Positions 41,223 through 51,461 of a DNA stretch of 64,000 nucleotides are shown in pieces. Below the pieces are notes generated by a model, which saw nothing but the letters and a program-made list of their open reading frames with translations, was not told the origin of the DNA and did no database searches. Every line of letters begins with the position of its first letter. Positions within the stretch are counted from its first letter, which is position 1. Source of the DNA: an uncultured bacterium (GTDB lineage Bacteria; Patescibacteriota; Andersenbacteria; UBA10190; CAIZMI01); the NCBI GenBank assembly GCA_903828055.1, contig CAIKKP010000060.1, forward strand, positions 1-64,000, written 5' to 3'. The translations under genes were made by a program, and so were the position numbers.

Positions 41223-42146
41223 ATGAAACAAAGCACTAAACTATTAACCATCAAAGAAGCCCTGCGCGAAGGGGTTGTGTATCTGCGAACCAGCTCGCCT
41301 AGTTTTGGTGTGGATGCGGAAATATTATTGTCTGAAGCGATCAAAAATCCACGCGAGTTTTTAATCGCCCACAACGAGGAAAAACTTACATTTAACCAGA
41401 CGGCAAAATATCGACACTGGCTGATGCAACGAATAAAAGGCGTGCCAATTCCCTATCTAACAGGCAACCAATATTTTTATGGACGAAAATTTATCGTCAA
41501 TAAAAATGTATTAGTCCCCCGCCCCGAAACCGAAGCGATAGTTGAGGAATGTATCAGAATCTGTAAGCAATCTATCGAAGTGTCATTCCTGCCCGAGAGC
41601 AGGAATCCGTCGCGTCATACACCCACGCCAATCATAGCGGATATTGGCACCGGTTCAGGTGTAATAGCTGTCTCACTCGCTCTCGAGATCCCAAAAGCAA
41701 AAATCATCGCCACGGACAAATCCGGAACGGCCCTAAAAGTGGCTGCTCGCAATGCAAGAAAATATCGCGCTGCCAAACGCGTTACGTTTTTTGCCAGCGA
41801 CCTGCTCAACGAAATTCCCACTGAACTTTCGCCGAATATTATTGTTTCCAATCTACCTTATGTGACAACAGATGAATTAAGAAATGCTCACACCAAACCT
41901 GACACAATCGGCTTAACATTTGAACCCCAAGGGGCCCTGGAAGGCGGCCCGGACGGTCTTGCCGTATTTCGTCGTTTCTTCGCTCAAATCGCGCGTTTCG
42001 AACAAACCAGGAAATCTCTTCAACACTTATTGCTCGAACACAACCCAAAACAACGCCGCGCCCTATGGGAACTAGCCCATGAATTTATACCCGAATTTAA
42101 ACCCCAAGAAGTAACGCCTTTCGTGAGCAAGTGGTCGTTGCTCTAA
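41223..42146 (+). CDS. prmC: release factor glutamine N5-methyltransferase PrmC (HemK)
   Basis: SNLPYV (NPPY-type) motif, GTGSG SAM motif, and its position after prfA. Confidence 0.8.
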   Translation: MKQSTKLLTIKEALREGVVYLRTSSPSFGVDAEILLSEAIKNPREFLIAHNEEKLTFNQTAKYRHWLMQRIKGVPIPYLTGNQYFYGRKFIVNKNVLVPRPETEAIVEECIRICKQSIEVSFLPESRNPSRHTPTPIIADIGTGSGVIAVSLALEIPKAKIIATDKSGTALKVAARNARKYRAAKRVTFFASDLLNEIPTELSPNIIVSNLPYVTTDELRNAHTKPDTIGLTFEPQGALEGGPDGLAVFRRFFAQIARFEQTRKSLQHLLLEHNPKQRRALWELAHEFIPEFKPQEVTPFVSKWSLL

Positions 42147-42170
42147 GAAAGACCTTAAGCAATCAAAAAA

Positions 42171-42770
42171 CTACTCAAGTAATCCGGTTGCCAACAAAGA
42201 TTCTCTTAGCTTCTCCGGCGTTTCAAATAAGACTGTTTCCATTCCCATCTCTCTTGCCGTTTCTAAACATGACTCTTTGTCGTCAACAAACAAAGCTTCG
42301 CTCGCCTCGACGCCGGCTTCCTTTAGCGCCAACTCATAAATTTTCGGGTTTGGTTTCCTGACGCCCGCTTCATGGGAAAACACACCACCGCTAAACCAGC
42401 CAACAAATCCATACATTTTATCAAGCGCCTCAACACGTTCCTTAATATTATCGGAAAGATATAATACTCGATATTTTTTCGCCAACTCACTTATAATAAT
42501 TTTAGTGCCGTCAATAAGCTCATAATCATCAATCCATTCTTTCTCCAACAGATCAATATCTTCGGCAATGTTCAGCTTGATCAGGACTTGTTTCCAAAAA
42601 TCATTCCTGGATATTTTCGCTTCGCGATACAAACTTCCCAACTCACCATCCAACACTTCTTTTACAAAATTCATTTCCAGTCCATGACGGGAACACAAAT
42701 CGGTGGCAAATTTTTTTGTCCCATTTGTAAAAAGTACCCCACCTAAATCAAAAATTACTGCTTTAATCAT
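42171..42770 (-). CDS. HAD-superfamily hydrolase
   Basis: MIKAVIFDLGGVLF motif I. Confidence 0.65.
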   Translation of the reverse strand: MIKAVIFDLGGVLFTNGTKKFATDLCSRHGLEMNFVKEVLDGELGSLYREAKISRNDFWKQVLIKLNIAEDIDLLEKEWIDDYELIDGTKIIISELAKKYRVLYLSDNIKERVEALDKMYGFVGWFSGGVFSHEAGVRKPNPKIYELALKEAGVEASEALFVDDKESCLETAREMGMETVLFETPEKLRESLLATGLLE

Positions 42771-42851
42771 ACGAAAATAATACCAAAGATATTCCTAAGT
42801 ATCTACCATAATCCCCGCTTGCGCGGGGATTGGTTCAATATTTCAGTAAGA

Positions 42852-43592
42852 TTACTTCTTCTCTTCTTTTTTAACTTCTTTCTTAGCTTCCTTCTTGTCG
42901 CCTTCCGGTGCACCTTCAGCGGCTGCTTCGGCTTCCTTGGCGGCTTTCTTCTCGTCGCCCTCAGTCTTCACTTCACCGGCATTTTCTTCCACTTCCTTGT
43001 TCAATTCTTCCATTTCAGCTTCAGAACGAGGAGGAGTGACAACAGCAACAATTTCTTCCATATTATCCAAAACCTTCACTTTGTCGGAAATATTTAAATC
43101 AGCGATAGTGACACGAGATTCAAAATCCTTCAATGCCCCAATATCAACGATAATATTTTCCGGCAAATCTTGCGGTAAGGCCGATACTCTAATTTCACTC
43201 AAACTCTTTACCAAAGTTCCCGCCAAATCCTTAACAGCAAATGATTCTCCTTGAAAAATCAACGGCACAGTAGCTTCGATAGATTCCTTCAAGTTAACTT
43301 CATGAAAATCGATGTGTTGTGGAAGTCCGGTCATAGGATTACGTTGCACCTCTGAAACCAAAACCGCGCGACCTTCTTTTTCGCCCTCAATCACCAAATT
43401 TATTAACGTGCTGTGAGATAATTCCGGTAAAATCTTTTCAAACGCTTTTTGATTTATTGCAATCTGAACATTGGCAATACCGTTACCATAAAGAATACAT
43501 GGAATAGCTCCGCCGATGCGGACATTTTTTGCCTTACGCCCCGCTTTTGCGCGAGGTTGAGCTTCAATTTGATGGATTTTATTAATAGACAT
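42852..43592 (-). CDS. rplY: 50S ribosomal protein L25/Ctc with lysine/glutamate-rich C-terminal tail
   Basis: N-terminal AQPRAKAGRKAKNVRIGGAIPCILYG. Confidence 0.8.
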   Translation of the reverse strand: MSINKIHQIEAQPRAKAGRKAKNVRIGGAIPCILYGNGIANVQIAINQKAFEKILPELSHSTLINLVIEGEKEGRAVLVSEVQRNPMTGLPQHIDFHEVNLKESIEATVPLIFQGESFAVKDLAGTLVKSLSEIRVSALPQDLPENIIVDIGALKDFESRVTIADLNISDKVKVLDNMEEIVAVVTPPRSEAEMEELNKEVEENAGEVKTEGDEKKAAKEAEAAAEGAPEGDKKEAKKEVKKEEKK

Positions 43593-43917
43593 CGGTTTCT
43601 TTAGTTAATTCTCGAACAACGGATCTATCTTGACGCTTTAGCAGTTGGATCATTTCCAGCAACTCGTTTCCACTCACACTTGGAGTAAGGCGAAACTTTT
43701 CAATATCTTCCCTGGTCATGTCCGTTACCATTCCAAGAGAAATCATACCCATACCACTCATGGCTACGACGGCCATAATTGAACTTTTACAACGCGGACA
43801 TTCCACATAAACAGTAGAAGATTCATCGGTAGTTTCGATGATTTGCGCGTCCTCTACCCGATAGCCCGCATTACAAAGCGGACAACGGGAGATCAATTGA
43901 TTCACTTCATCAAACAT
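43582..43917 (-). CDS. zinc-ribbon hypothetical protein
   Basis: CPLC...CPRC pattern. Overlaps the rplY start by 11 nt. Confidence 0.4.
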   Translation of the reverse strand: MFDEVNQLISRCPLCNAGYRVEDAQIIETTDESSTVYVECPRCKSSIMAVVAMSGMGMISLGMVTDMTREDIEKFRLTPSVSGNELLEMIQLLKRQDRSVVRELTKETDVY

Positions 43918-44043
43918 ATTCTTTGCTTTATGAGTAAATATTAAACAAGGGAGACCTTTTTGTCAAACAGCACCGCCTTCACACAGGAAGTATGAGTAAT
44001 TTTTCTCTTTCAACCGGCCTCACGACTTTTCTCACTCCCGCAC

Positions 44044-45174
44044 TTACCCTCCCAACGACAATGTTACCACATCACTTGTATCATTAACCTCCCAAGATTC
44101 TCCGTGAATAATGACACTCTCAACCAAACCAACAATAATGAACATTGTCAAAAGACTACTTCCACCATAGGAAATAAACGGTAAAGGAACGCCGGTTACA
44201 GGCAAAAGACCAATATTCATACCGGCATTAACCACTACACCGCTAAGCAAGACCACAAATGCGCCAACCGCAATCGCTCGCCCAAACGAGTCGGTTGTTT
44301 TTGAGGCGGCAACCAACATGCGCCAAAGAATTACTCCATAAAGAGACAACACGCCCAAAACACCCACCAATCCCAATTCTTCGCCAATGCGCGCAAAAAT
44401 AAAATCTGTCCTATTCTCGGGTAAAAAGTTTAACCGACTTTGCGGACCATATCCAAGACCCCTGCCCCAAAATCCACCTGACCCAAATGCCGTAACAGAC
44501 TGCAAAACAGTGTAACCACGCCCAAGTGGATCGGCACCGGGATTTAAAAACACGGATACTCGATCCTTTTGATAAGGTTTAAGAAAGAAAAACCAACCAC
44601 TCGCGAAAATAACAACAGCAAGCACCGCCAAACTAAAAAATTGCTTACGCGTAAGACCGGCCACGGCAATCATGCCAAACCAAATCATTACCAATAACAT
44701 TCCGGTCCCAAAATCAGGTTGCAAAAAAACCATAATAATCGGGATACCAGCAAATAAAATTGTTCGAAACAACACGGCTACTGAAGCTACCCCCCGCTTA
44801 CTTTCCCCTAATATTTTTGCGATTACCACTAGAATTATTGCTTTTGCAATTTCACCGGGTTGCAAGTGAAAACCGCTAAAGACCAACCACGAAGTCGCGC
44901 CACGAATAATCCTTCCTTGTAACACGACCAAAAGCAAAACTATTAACACAATAAACATTGTCGAAGATAATGACCGCGCAAAAGTATAATGCGTACGAGC
45001 AATAATAAACATTGCAATAATTCCAAGGGCGGCAGCTGCGCCCTGGCGCAAAAAATATCCAAGATTTGCTGAATCGCTTCCCGTGCCTAGCAAAACCATA
45101 CTTATCACAGTCAAAAGTAAGGCACTTCCCCAAAGTGCGGGATCACTCCGTCGAAAAACATCTCGAATAATCAC
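44044..45174 (-). CDS. SEDS-family peptidoglycan polymerase (RodA/FtsW)
   Basis: 10 TM helices, with the SEDS segments FGSGGFWGRGLGYG and PFISYGGSSLL. Confidence 0.8.
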   Translation of the reverse strand: MIIRDVFRRSDPALWGSALLLTVISMVLLGTGSDSANLGYFLRQGAAAALGIIAMFIIARTHYTFARSLSSTMFIVLIVLLLVVLQGRIIRGATSWLVFSGFHLQPGEIAKAIILVVIAKILGESKRGVASVAVLFRTILFAGIPIIMVFLQPDFGTGMLLVMIWFGMIAVAGLTRKQFFSLAVLAVVIFASGWFFFLKPYQKDRVSVFLNPGADPLGRGYTVLQSVTAFGSGGFWGRGLGYGPQSRLNFLPENRTDFIFARIGEELGLVGVLGVLSLYGVILWRMLVAASKTTDSFGRAIAVGAFVVLLSGVVVNAGMNIGLLPVTGVPLPFISYGGSSLLTMFIIVGLVESVIIHGESWEVNDTSDVVTLSLGG

Positions 45175-45214
45175 TCTATATTAATAGCGCACAAATTTAG
45201 TTGTGACCATTGAA

Positions 45215-45335
45215 GTAGTCGGGCGAGGCGAAGCAATCTCACCAAAATTACGACGCGGGAAATTGCCACGCCTTGCCCTCCGCCAGTTGGCGGACTCACG
45301 AATGGTCAATGGCTTGCAAAGACAACGGCAACTAG
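45215..45335. repeat. multi-hairpin intergenic repeat element, copy B
   Basis: GGGCGAGGCGAAGCAATCTC...GAAATTGCCACGCCTTGCCC...CACGAATGGTCAATGGCTTGCAAAGACAACG. The second hairpin loop is replaced relative to copies A and C. Confidence 0.65.
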
Positions 45336-46123
45336 TTCCCTGCTGGCATGGCAGGATTCTGTAAATCGCGAATATCCTGAATCCCTTGTCGTTGTTGAAT
45401 CGCATCCGACAAAAAGACATTTACTTCCGGAACAACTTTAAAATCCGACACCGTTGCCCCCTTATTTAACGGCCACTGCGCGGTAAACTCGCGACGCTCC
45501 GCCGACAAGAACGCGCCCATAAAAGTCTTACTCGCGCCAATCATTTCACCCTGCGCGTCCAAACCGACAATAGTCACTTCCACGCGCGTATAATCAACAT
45601 TACTTTGATTAGCAAGCAATCCCTTCAACTGAAAAGTATCAATTGTAGGACCTGAAATAATATTCGTCGGCTTATTAATCAATACAATTTCCGGTGGCGC
45701 GAAAGTACTATCAACAAACACCCACTGCGGATTAATTACTTCTAATGTTGCGGTGGCCCCCGCCGGAATATCATAATTAAATGCCGTCAAATATTTTTGA
45801 TCACTTGGCAAGATAAATGATTCGCCTGTTACAATCTGCGGATTTTGACTGTTAGCGGAAATTGTAAACTTATACTGAAAACGTACCGCCCCCGCGTTTG
45901 GATTTGGATTTCGCAGTGTTCCAACCAAATCACCCTTTCCGGGAGTGGTAGCAATAATTTTTGTCGCAATCACCTGCAACGGTAATGCAGTCTTGGGAGT
46001 TGGCGGCGCAGCCGCCGGCGGTGTGTAAGTCAACCAAAAAATCAGTCCGGCAAGCGAACCCCAAAAACCAAAGAAGATACACGCAATCACTATTTGTTTT
46101 ATTGTTCGGTGTTTGAGAACCAT
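45332..46123 (-). CDS. secreted/membrane-anchored hypothetical protein
   Basis: N-terminal TM segment, Pro/Ala-rich linker, and a strand-rich domain. Confidence 0.45.
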   Translation of the reverse strand: MVLKHRTIKQIVIACIFFGFWGSLAGLIFWLTYTPPAAAPPTPKTALPLQVIATKIIATTPGKGDLVGTLRNPNPNAGAVRFQYKFTISANSQNPQIVTGESFILPSDQKYLTAFNYDIPAGATATLEVINPQWVFVDSTFAPPEIVLINKPTNIISGPTIDTFQLKGLLANQSNVDYTRVEVTIVGLDAQGEMIGASKTFMGAFLSAERREFTAQWPLNKGATVSDFKVVPEVNVFLSDAIQQRQGIQDIRDLQNPAMPAGN

Positions 46124-46404
46124 TGAGAACAGTTTACCAAAGTTTGACGAAAAAATAAATTATTGTGATACCGTCTGATTCGCAAACAACTGAAGCTTGC
46201 AAATGACCAAACCACAATGACCAATATCCACTCAATAACTAATTTTCAAATGACCAAGGTTTCGAATTGGACATTAAAAAATTGGTCATTCATTGGGAAT
46301 TGGGTATTGGTCATTTCACCAATAAAAAAACACCCTCGACGTCCGTCAGGGTGTGACCATTCAGTTTACAGAAAGGCGAACTCTATTTTGTATCACCAGA
46401 TCAT

Positions 46405-46857
46405 TCAGTCGACCCGACCGGCGACACGGGACTCGCGAGCACGAACCTTCTGCTCCCAAGATGGCTCGATACCGGCGAAAAACGTATCAACCCATAGCTC
46501 GGGATCTTGCTCGGAAGATCCAAAGAAATGTACTCGACCGACATCGTCCCGATTCAAAACGGTTCGCAATTCCAAGAGAAAGCGTCCTTCGTCAACAACC
46601 GGACAAACATTCAACACACGATCATTAACATGTTCCGCTCTCCCGAGAATAAATAGGCGACCAGGTGGAAAAATGTCCGCTGATGTGATCTGTTCACAAA
46701 AAAGGATTACTCCCTCATCGATTGTCAGATAGCACAGGTCTTCACCACTCACCTTGACGCTCTTTCTTTGTTTTCCGTCAAGAACAACAAAAACCATTTT
46801 GCGTCGCGATAGAGCCTTCACATCCATCGATAGATCTCCTTCAGAGAGTTGTGACAC
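46405..46857 (-). CDS. hypothetical protein (GC-rich)
   Basis: 150-aa ORF with locally elevated GC. No similarity recognised. Confidence 0.35.
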   Translation of the reverse strand: MSQLSEGDLSMDVKALSRRKMVFVVLDGKQRKSVKVSGEDLCYLTIDEGVILFCEQITSADIFPPGRLFILGRAEHVNDRVLNVCPVVDEGRFLLELRTVLNRDDVGRVHFFGSSEQDPELWVDTFFAGIEPSWEQKVRARESRVAGRVD

Positions 46858-46999
46858 GATTAACAGACACTAATTGTTACTCGTTCAATTGACACATACC
46901 TAACAAAGAACATGTTATTATGCTCCAAACCACCCAAATTGTCAATAGTGCAATTTAGTGGGGCTTGGTAAGATGAAAATTCATGGAAAACACTTCCGT

Positions 47000-47115
47000 C
47001 ATTGCGAACCATCGCTTTCAAGCGAGGCGAAGAAATCTCTTCAACTTTCAACACTGGAGATTGCCACGCCTTGCCCATTCTCACGAATGGTCAATGGCTC
47101 GCAAAGACGACGTTA
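47000..47115. repeat. multi-hairpin intergenic repeat element, copy C (upstream of dnaE)
   Basis: CAAGCGAGGCGAAGAAATCTC...GAGATTGCCACGCCTTGCCCATTCTCACGAATGGTCAATGGCTCGCAAAGACGACG. Confidence 0.65.
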
Positions 47116-47143
47116 AATATTTTTCTTCATGGGGATTCTAAAA

Positions 47144-47233
47144 ATGCCTGAGTTTATTCACCTCCACACCACTTCGCTCGCTTCGGCGAGCTACGAGGGG
47201 CAAGCCTCTCACTATCCTTTTCTACAAGTTAAA
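47144..47233 (+). other. upstream pseudo-start / 29-codon uORF whose first 8 codons duplicate the dnaE start
   Basis: ATGCCTGAGTTTATTCACCTCCACACC versus the dnaE start ATGCCAGAGTTTATCCATTTACACACT. It runs through a GCTCGC-TTCG-GCGAGC hairpin to a TAA 12 nt before the dnaE ATG. Confidence 0.45.
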
Positions 47234-47244
47234 TAAAAAATAAA

Positions 47245-50200
47245 ATGCCAGAGTTTATCCATTTACACACTCATTCCCACTATTCCCTCTTGGATGGTCT
47301 TTCTAAGGTGGACGATATGGTTAAGCGCGCGAAGGAACTTAATATGTCCGCCATTGGTCTTACCGATCACGGCGCGATGTATGGCATCATCGATTTTTAT
47401 TCCACCTGCAAAAAAAACGGCATCAAACCAATTATCGGTGTCGAAACCTACGTTGCCAATCGCAGTCACACGCAAAAAGAAACAGGTATTGATAATCGCC
47501 GTTATCACCTAACTCTCTTAGCCAAAGACATGACCGGTTATAAAAATTTAATTAAGCTGGTTACAACAGCTCACCTCGACGGTTATTACTACAAACCCCG
47601 TGTCGACAAAGAATTACTCCGCGCAAATCACGAAGGCATTATCGCCTTGTCCGGTTGTATCGGAAGCGAAGTAGGACGCGCTATCACCGGCGAAGGAAAA
47701 GAAAAGGCAATCCAAGTTATCCGTGAATATCAAGAAATTTTTGGTGTCGAAAATTACTATCTGGAAATTATGCACCATCCGGATGTGGATAATTTTGAAA
47801 AATGGCGTTTTATGTTAATCGAGCTTTCCCGCGAATTAAATATTCCCTTGGTTGCCACGCAAGATTCGCATTACCTCCGCCCAGATGACGCCGAAGCACA
47901 CAAGACACTCGTCGCCATTTCTACCAATACCGATGTCGGTGATACGGGAATTTTTGCAGGAAAAGGTCATTACCATTTTATTTCCACCGAAGAAGCAATG
48001 GAATGGTTTTCTGATATTCCGGAAGCCGTTACCAACACAAAAGTTATCGCCGATCGTTGCAATATTGAACTAACCCTTGGAAAATTCATTTTCCCAGACT
48101 TTGCACTGGAAGAAGGAAAAACGGCTGACCAAATGCTTGATGAATTAACACAAAAAGGGATGACTTTTCACGGTTTAACCAATGACACCGCAACAGATGA
48201 AAGACGCAAATACGAACTAGATGTCATTAAACAAAAAAACTACGCCCCTTATTTTTTGGTGGTTGCCGACTTACTGCGTTTCGCGCGCAAATCGGATATT
48301 TACACAACGGTTCGTGGCTCGGCTGCCGGATCACTGGTTGCCTATCTTTCTGGAATTACAAATGTTAACCCAATTGAATTTCAACTCCCCTTTGAACGTT
48401 TCTTAAACCCTTTCCGCCCATCCGCGCCCGATATCGATATGGATTTTGCGGATAACCGAAGAGGCGAAGTAATTGAATATGCCAAACAAAAATACGGCGA
48501 CGACAAAGTGGCCCAAATTGGAACATTCGGAACAATGATGGCCCGTGGCGCGGTGCGTGATGTGGCCAGAGCCCTAAATAAACCTTACGAACTGGGTGAC
48601 CGCGTAGCAAAACTTATTCCAATGGGTTCACAGGGTTTCCCAATGACGATCGATCACGCCATGGAAATCGAACCGGAACTAAAGAAACTTTACGACAACG
48701 ATCCGGAAATCAAACACATTTTGGATATTTCCCGCAAACTTGAAGGTACAATGCGCCACGTTTCCGTACATGCCGCCGGCGTCGTCATCGCCCCAAGGCC
48801 CTTGGTCGAATATGTCCCGATCCAACTTGATCCGAAAGACGGTGATCGACGCATTACGCAATATGACATGTACACCGTTGGCGAAGACGGAGTGGGCTTA
48901 ACCAAGCTCGACTTCTTGGGTATTCGCAACTTGGCAATCCTGGAAGACGCCGTGCGGTTAGTAAAACAGCACCACAATATTAAAATAGATATCGAACGCA
49001 TCCCCTTCGACGATAAAAAAACTTTTGAAATGCTAGCAAAAGGCGAAACGGAAGGATTGTTTCAACTTAACGGCGAGGGTATGACAAAACATTTAATGGA
49101 CCTGAAACCATCAACAATCCACGACATCAACGCCATGGTGGCACTCTACCGTCCGGGCCCAATGAATAACATCCCGGAATACATTGCGCGAAAACAAGGC
49201 CGTAGCCCAATCAAATATTTCCACCCGAAAGCGCAAAATTTCTTGGCCAAATCTTATGGCATTTTGGTTTATCAGGACGATTTAATGTTCACCGCCTTGG
49301 AACTGGCCGGCTACAACTGGGAGACGGTCGATAAATTCAGAAAAGCCATCGGAAAAAAGATTCCGGCCGAAATGGCAAAACAACACATAATCTTCGTTGA
49401 AGGTTGTCAAAAAAACAGCAATTTAACGAAAGACCAAGCCGAAGCAATTTGGAATTTATTCGAACCGTTTCAAGGTTACGGTTTTAACAAGGCCCATGCC
49501 GCTTGCTATGGACGCGTCGCGTTCCAAACAGCTTACATGAAAGCCAACTTCCCTGCTGAATACATGTGTGCCGTACTTTCCGCCGAATCCGGTGATATAG
49601 AAAAGATCGCGATTATTATCAATGAGTGTAAGCGGATGGAAATTCCCGTATTACCGCCGGATGTAAATTTTTCACATAAAGGTTTTACGGTTTTAAAAGC
49701 AAATGATCAAATTCCAAAAGATGAAATTCGTTTTGGACTGCACACAGTTAAAAATGTCGGCGAACACATTGTTGAAGCAATTATTGCCGAACGTGAAAAG
49801 GCAGGACCGTTCAAAGATCTAATCGATTTCTTTTCGCGAGTGCATTCGCGTGATCTTAATAAAAAGTCGGTGGAAAGCTTAGCCAAAGCCGGAGCCTTCG
49901 ACACGCTCGCCGAACGCAATCAAATTCTGGAAAATACCGACACCCTTTTGAATTTCAACCGCGATATTGGAAAACAACTTTTAACCAACCAAGCTAACCT
50001 CTTTGGGATGATGCCAGCCGAAGTGGCCAGACCAAAAGTTACTCTTAAATCTGTCGAACCGGCCACGCAAAAACAACGACTTAGTTGGGAAAAAGAATTA
50101 TTGGGATTATTTATTTCCGGTCACCCGTTAATGGATATTGCCCCGGCTCTTGCGGAGGCCACTACACAAATTGCCGACATAACTATTCATAATTCAAACG

Positions 50201-50775
50201 AAAAAGTGAAGATTGGCGGAATTATTACAACCATTAAAAAAATCATCACCCGCACCCAAAAAGCCATGGCTTTTGCCACCGTCGAAGACCGTTCCGGTTC
50301 ACTGGAAGTTTTAGTGTTTGCAAAACTATTAGAAACATCACAAGATCTTTGGTTGGAAGATAAAGTTTTGATTATTGAGGGTCGTGTCAGCGACAAAGAC
50401 GGCGTACCAAAAATTTTGGCTGATTCAGCCGTCGAATACGACCCGGCCAATCCTCCAAAGCCTCTCAAAAACAAAGCTGTGTTTGATGAAAAGCCACCAA
50501 TCAGCATCACTATCAGTGTTCCGGTCAGTGCGACAAAACGCACTTTCATGGACTTAAAAGCCATTCTGGAAAAAGTCGGCAAAGGTCGCACTGCTGTCTT
50601 CTTGGAAATCCAAAAAGAAAACCAAAAAGATTTGTTAAAAACATCCTATCTGATTACTTATACCCCATTTCTCCAAAACCTATTTGGAAATATTTTAGGA
50701 CCGAACTGCATAAAAGTAGAGGAAGCAAAACCGGTAATTCAACACAAGTTTGAACCGGCAGTGGAAGAACTTTAA
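47245..50775 (+). CDS. dnaE: DNA polymerase III alpha subunit
   Basis: N-terminal PHP domain (HLHTHSHYSLLDG) and 1176 aa of typical DnaE architecture. Confidence 0.95.
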   Translation: MPEFIHLHTHSHYSLLDGLSKVDDMVKRAKELNMSAIGLTDHGAMYGIIDFYSTCKKNGIKPIIGVETYVANRSHTQKETGIDNRRYHLTLLAKDMTGYKNLIKLVTTAHLDGYYYKPRVDKELLRANHEGIIALSGCIGSEVGRAITGEGKEKAIQVIREYQEIFGVENYYLEIMHHPDVDNFEKWRFMLIELSRELNIPLVATQDSHYLRPDDAEAHKTLVAISTNTDVGDTGIFAGKGHYHFISTEEAMEWFSDIPEAVTNTKVIADRCNIELTLGKFIFPDFALEEGKTADQMLDELTQKGMTFHGLTNDTATDERRKYELDVIKQKNYAPYFLVVADLLRFARKSDIYTTVRGSAAGSLVAYLSGITNVNPIEFQLPFERFLNPFRPSAPDIDMDFADNRRGEVIEYAKQKYGDDKVAQIGTFGTMMARGAVRDVARALNKPYELGDRVAKLIPMGSQGFPMTIDHAMEIEPELKKLYDNDPEIKHILDISRKLEGTMRHVSVHAAGVVIAPRPLVEYVPIQLDPKDGDRRITQYDMYTVGEDGVGLTKLDFLGIRNLAILEDAVRLVKQHHNIKIDIERIPFDDKKTFEMLAKGETEGLFQLNGEGMTKHLMDLKPSTIHDINAMVALYRPGPMNNIPEYIARKQGRSPIKYFHPKAQNFLAKSYGILVYQDDLMFTALELAGYNWETVDKFRKAIGKKIPAEMAKQHIIFVEGCQKNSNLTKDQAEAIWNLFEPFQGYGFNKAHAACYGRVAFQTAYMKANFPAEYMCAVLSAESGDIEKIAIIINECKRMEIPVLPPDVNFSHKGFTVLKANDQIPKDEIRFGLHTVKNVGEHIVEAIIAEREKAGPFKDLIDFFSRVHSRDLNKKSVESLAKAGAFDTLAERNQILENTDTLLNFNRDIGKQLLTNQANLFGMMPAEVARPKVTLKSVEPATQKQRLSWEKELLGLFISGHPLMDIAPALAEATTQIADITIHNSNEKVKIGGIITTIKKIITRTQKAMAFATVEDRSGSLEVLVFAKLLETSQDLWLEDKVLIIEGRVSDKDGVPKILADSAVEYDPANPPKPLKNKAVFDEKPPISITISVPVSATKRTFMDLKAILEKVGKGRTAVFLEIQKENQKDLLKTSYLITYTPFLQNLFGNILGPNCIKVEEAKPVIQHKFEPAVEEL

Positions 50776-51375
50776 GGGTCACCCCTGAAGTAAAGAGCAA
50801 GGCTCGCCCATGACTGATACACCCTTCGACTCCTCGCCCAGTTGGGCTTGTCGCTCAGGGTTATTTTATTTTGTTTGATAACAAAATAAAATAAAAAAAC
50901 CGCGCGTCAGACGACGAACGGTAACTATTTTTTCGACCCAGAAACCGGCAAGCGACACAACACATACGCTGTCAACAGTTGTACCGGCATAGCACACAAA
51001 ACCACAAAACAGGCGAATGCCTTAGAGACTGTTTCGTAATCACCGACCAAAGTGATAATAGCCCAGGTCAACAAAACGACCGTAATGCAGGCATGAAAAA
51101 CCAATGTCAGCCCGCGCATCTCTACGGCAAATGAACTCCTGGTTGCTCCTGAAACATCACTTCCTTCTTCGCTCGCAACTGCCGGCGGAAGAACCCCTAT
51201 TCCCCGACCACATACAAGATCTCTTCGCCGTCTGCGCCCAAGGCCGTCTAGGCCGTCTAGGCAAAAACCGGACTCTTCTTGTGATTCTGACATATTTCAC
51301 CCCGCAGAAATTAATAACGAACCAACGCCACCTCGTTTTTTACACCTTGTTACTTATTTTGTCCACTTTAAGCCA

Positions 51376-51423
51376 CTTTAAGGAGTATCCCTAAAGTTGC
51401 AACTTTAGGGATACTCCTTAAAG
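51376..51423. promoter_or_regulatory. 48-nt perfect palindrome CTTTAAGGAGTATCCCTAAAGTTGC/GCAACTTTAGGGATACTCCTTAAAG, 40 nt upstream of thrS
   Basis: Perfect inverted repeat with a preceding CCACTTTAAG duplication. Candidate operator or attenuator. Confidence 0.5.
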
Positions 51424-51461
51424 TCCTTTTCTAATCGCCTCCCACTTGCTATAGTCTTTAC

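Noticed and set aside
45181-45420. 79-aa ORF upstream of the SEDS gene
   Set aside because: It lies entirely within repeat copy B and the intergenic spacer.
50925-51293. 122-aa minus-strand ORF between dnaE and thrS
   Set aside because: It contains a GGCCGTCTAGGCCGTCTAGGC tandem duplication and low-complexity Arg/Gly stretches, with no SD. It could be a small membrane protein, but support is weak.
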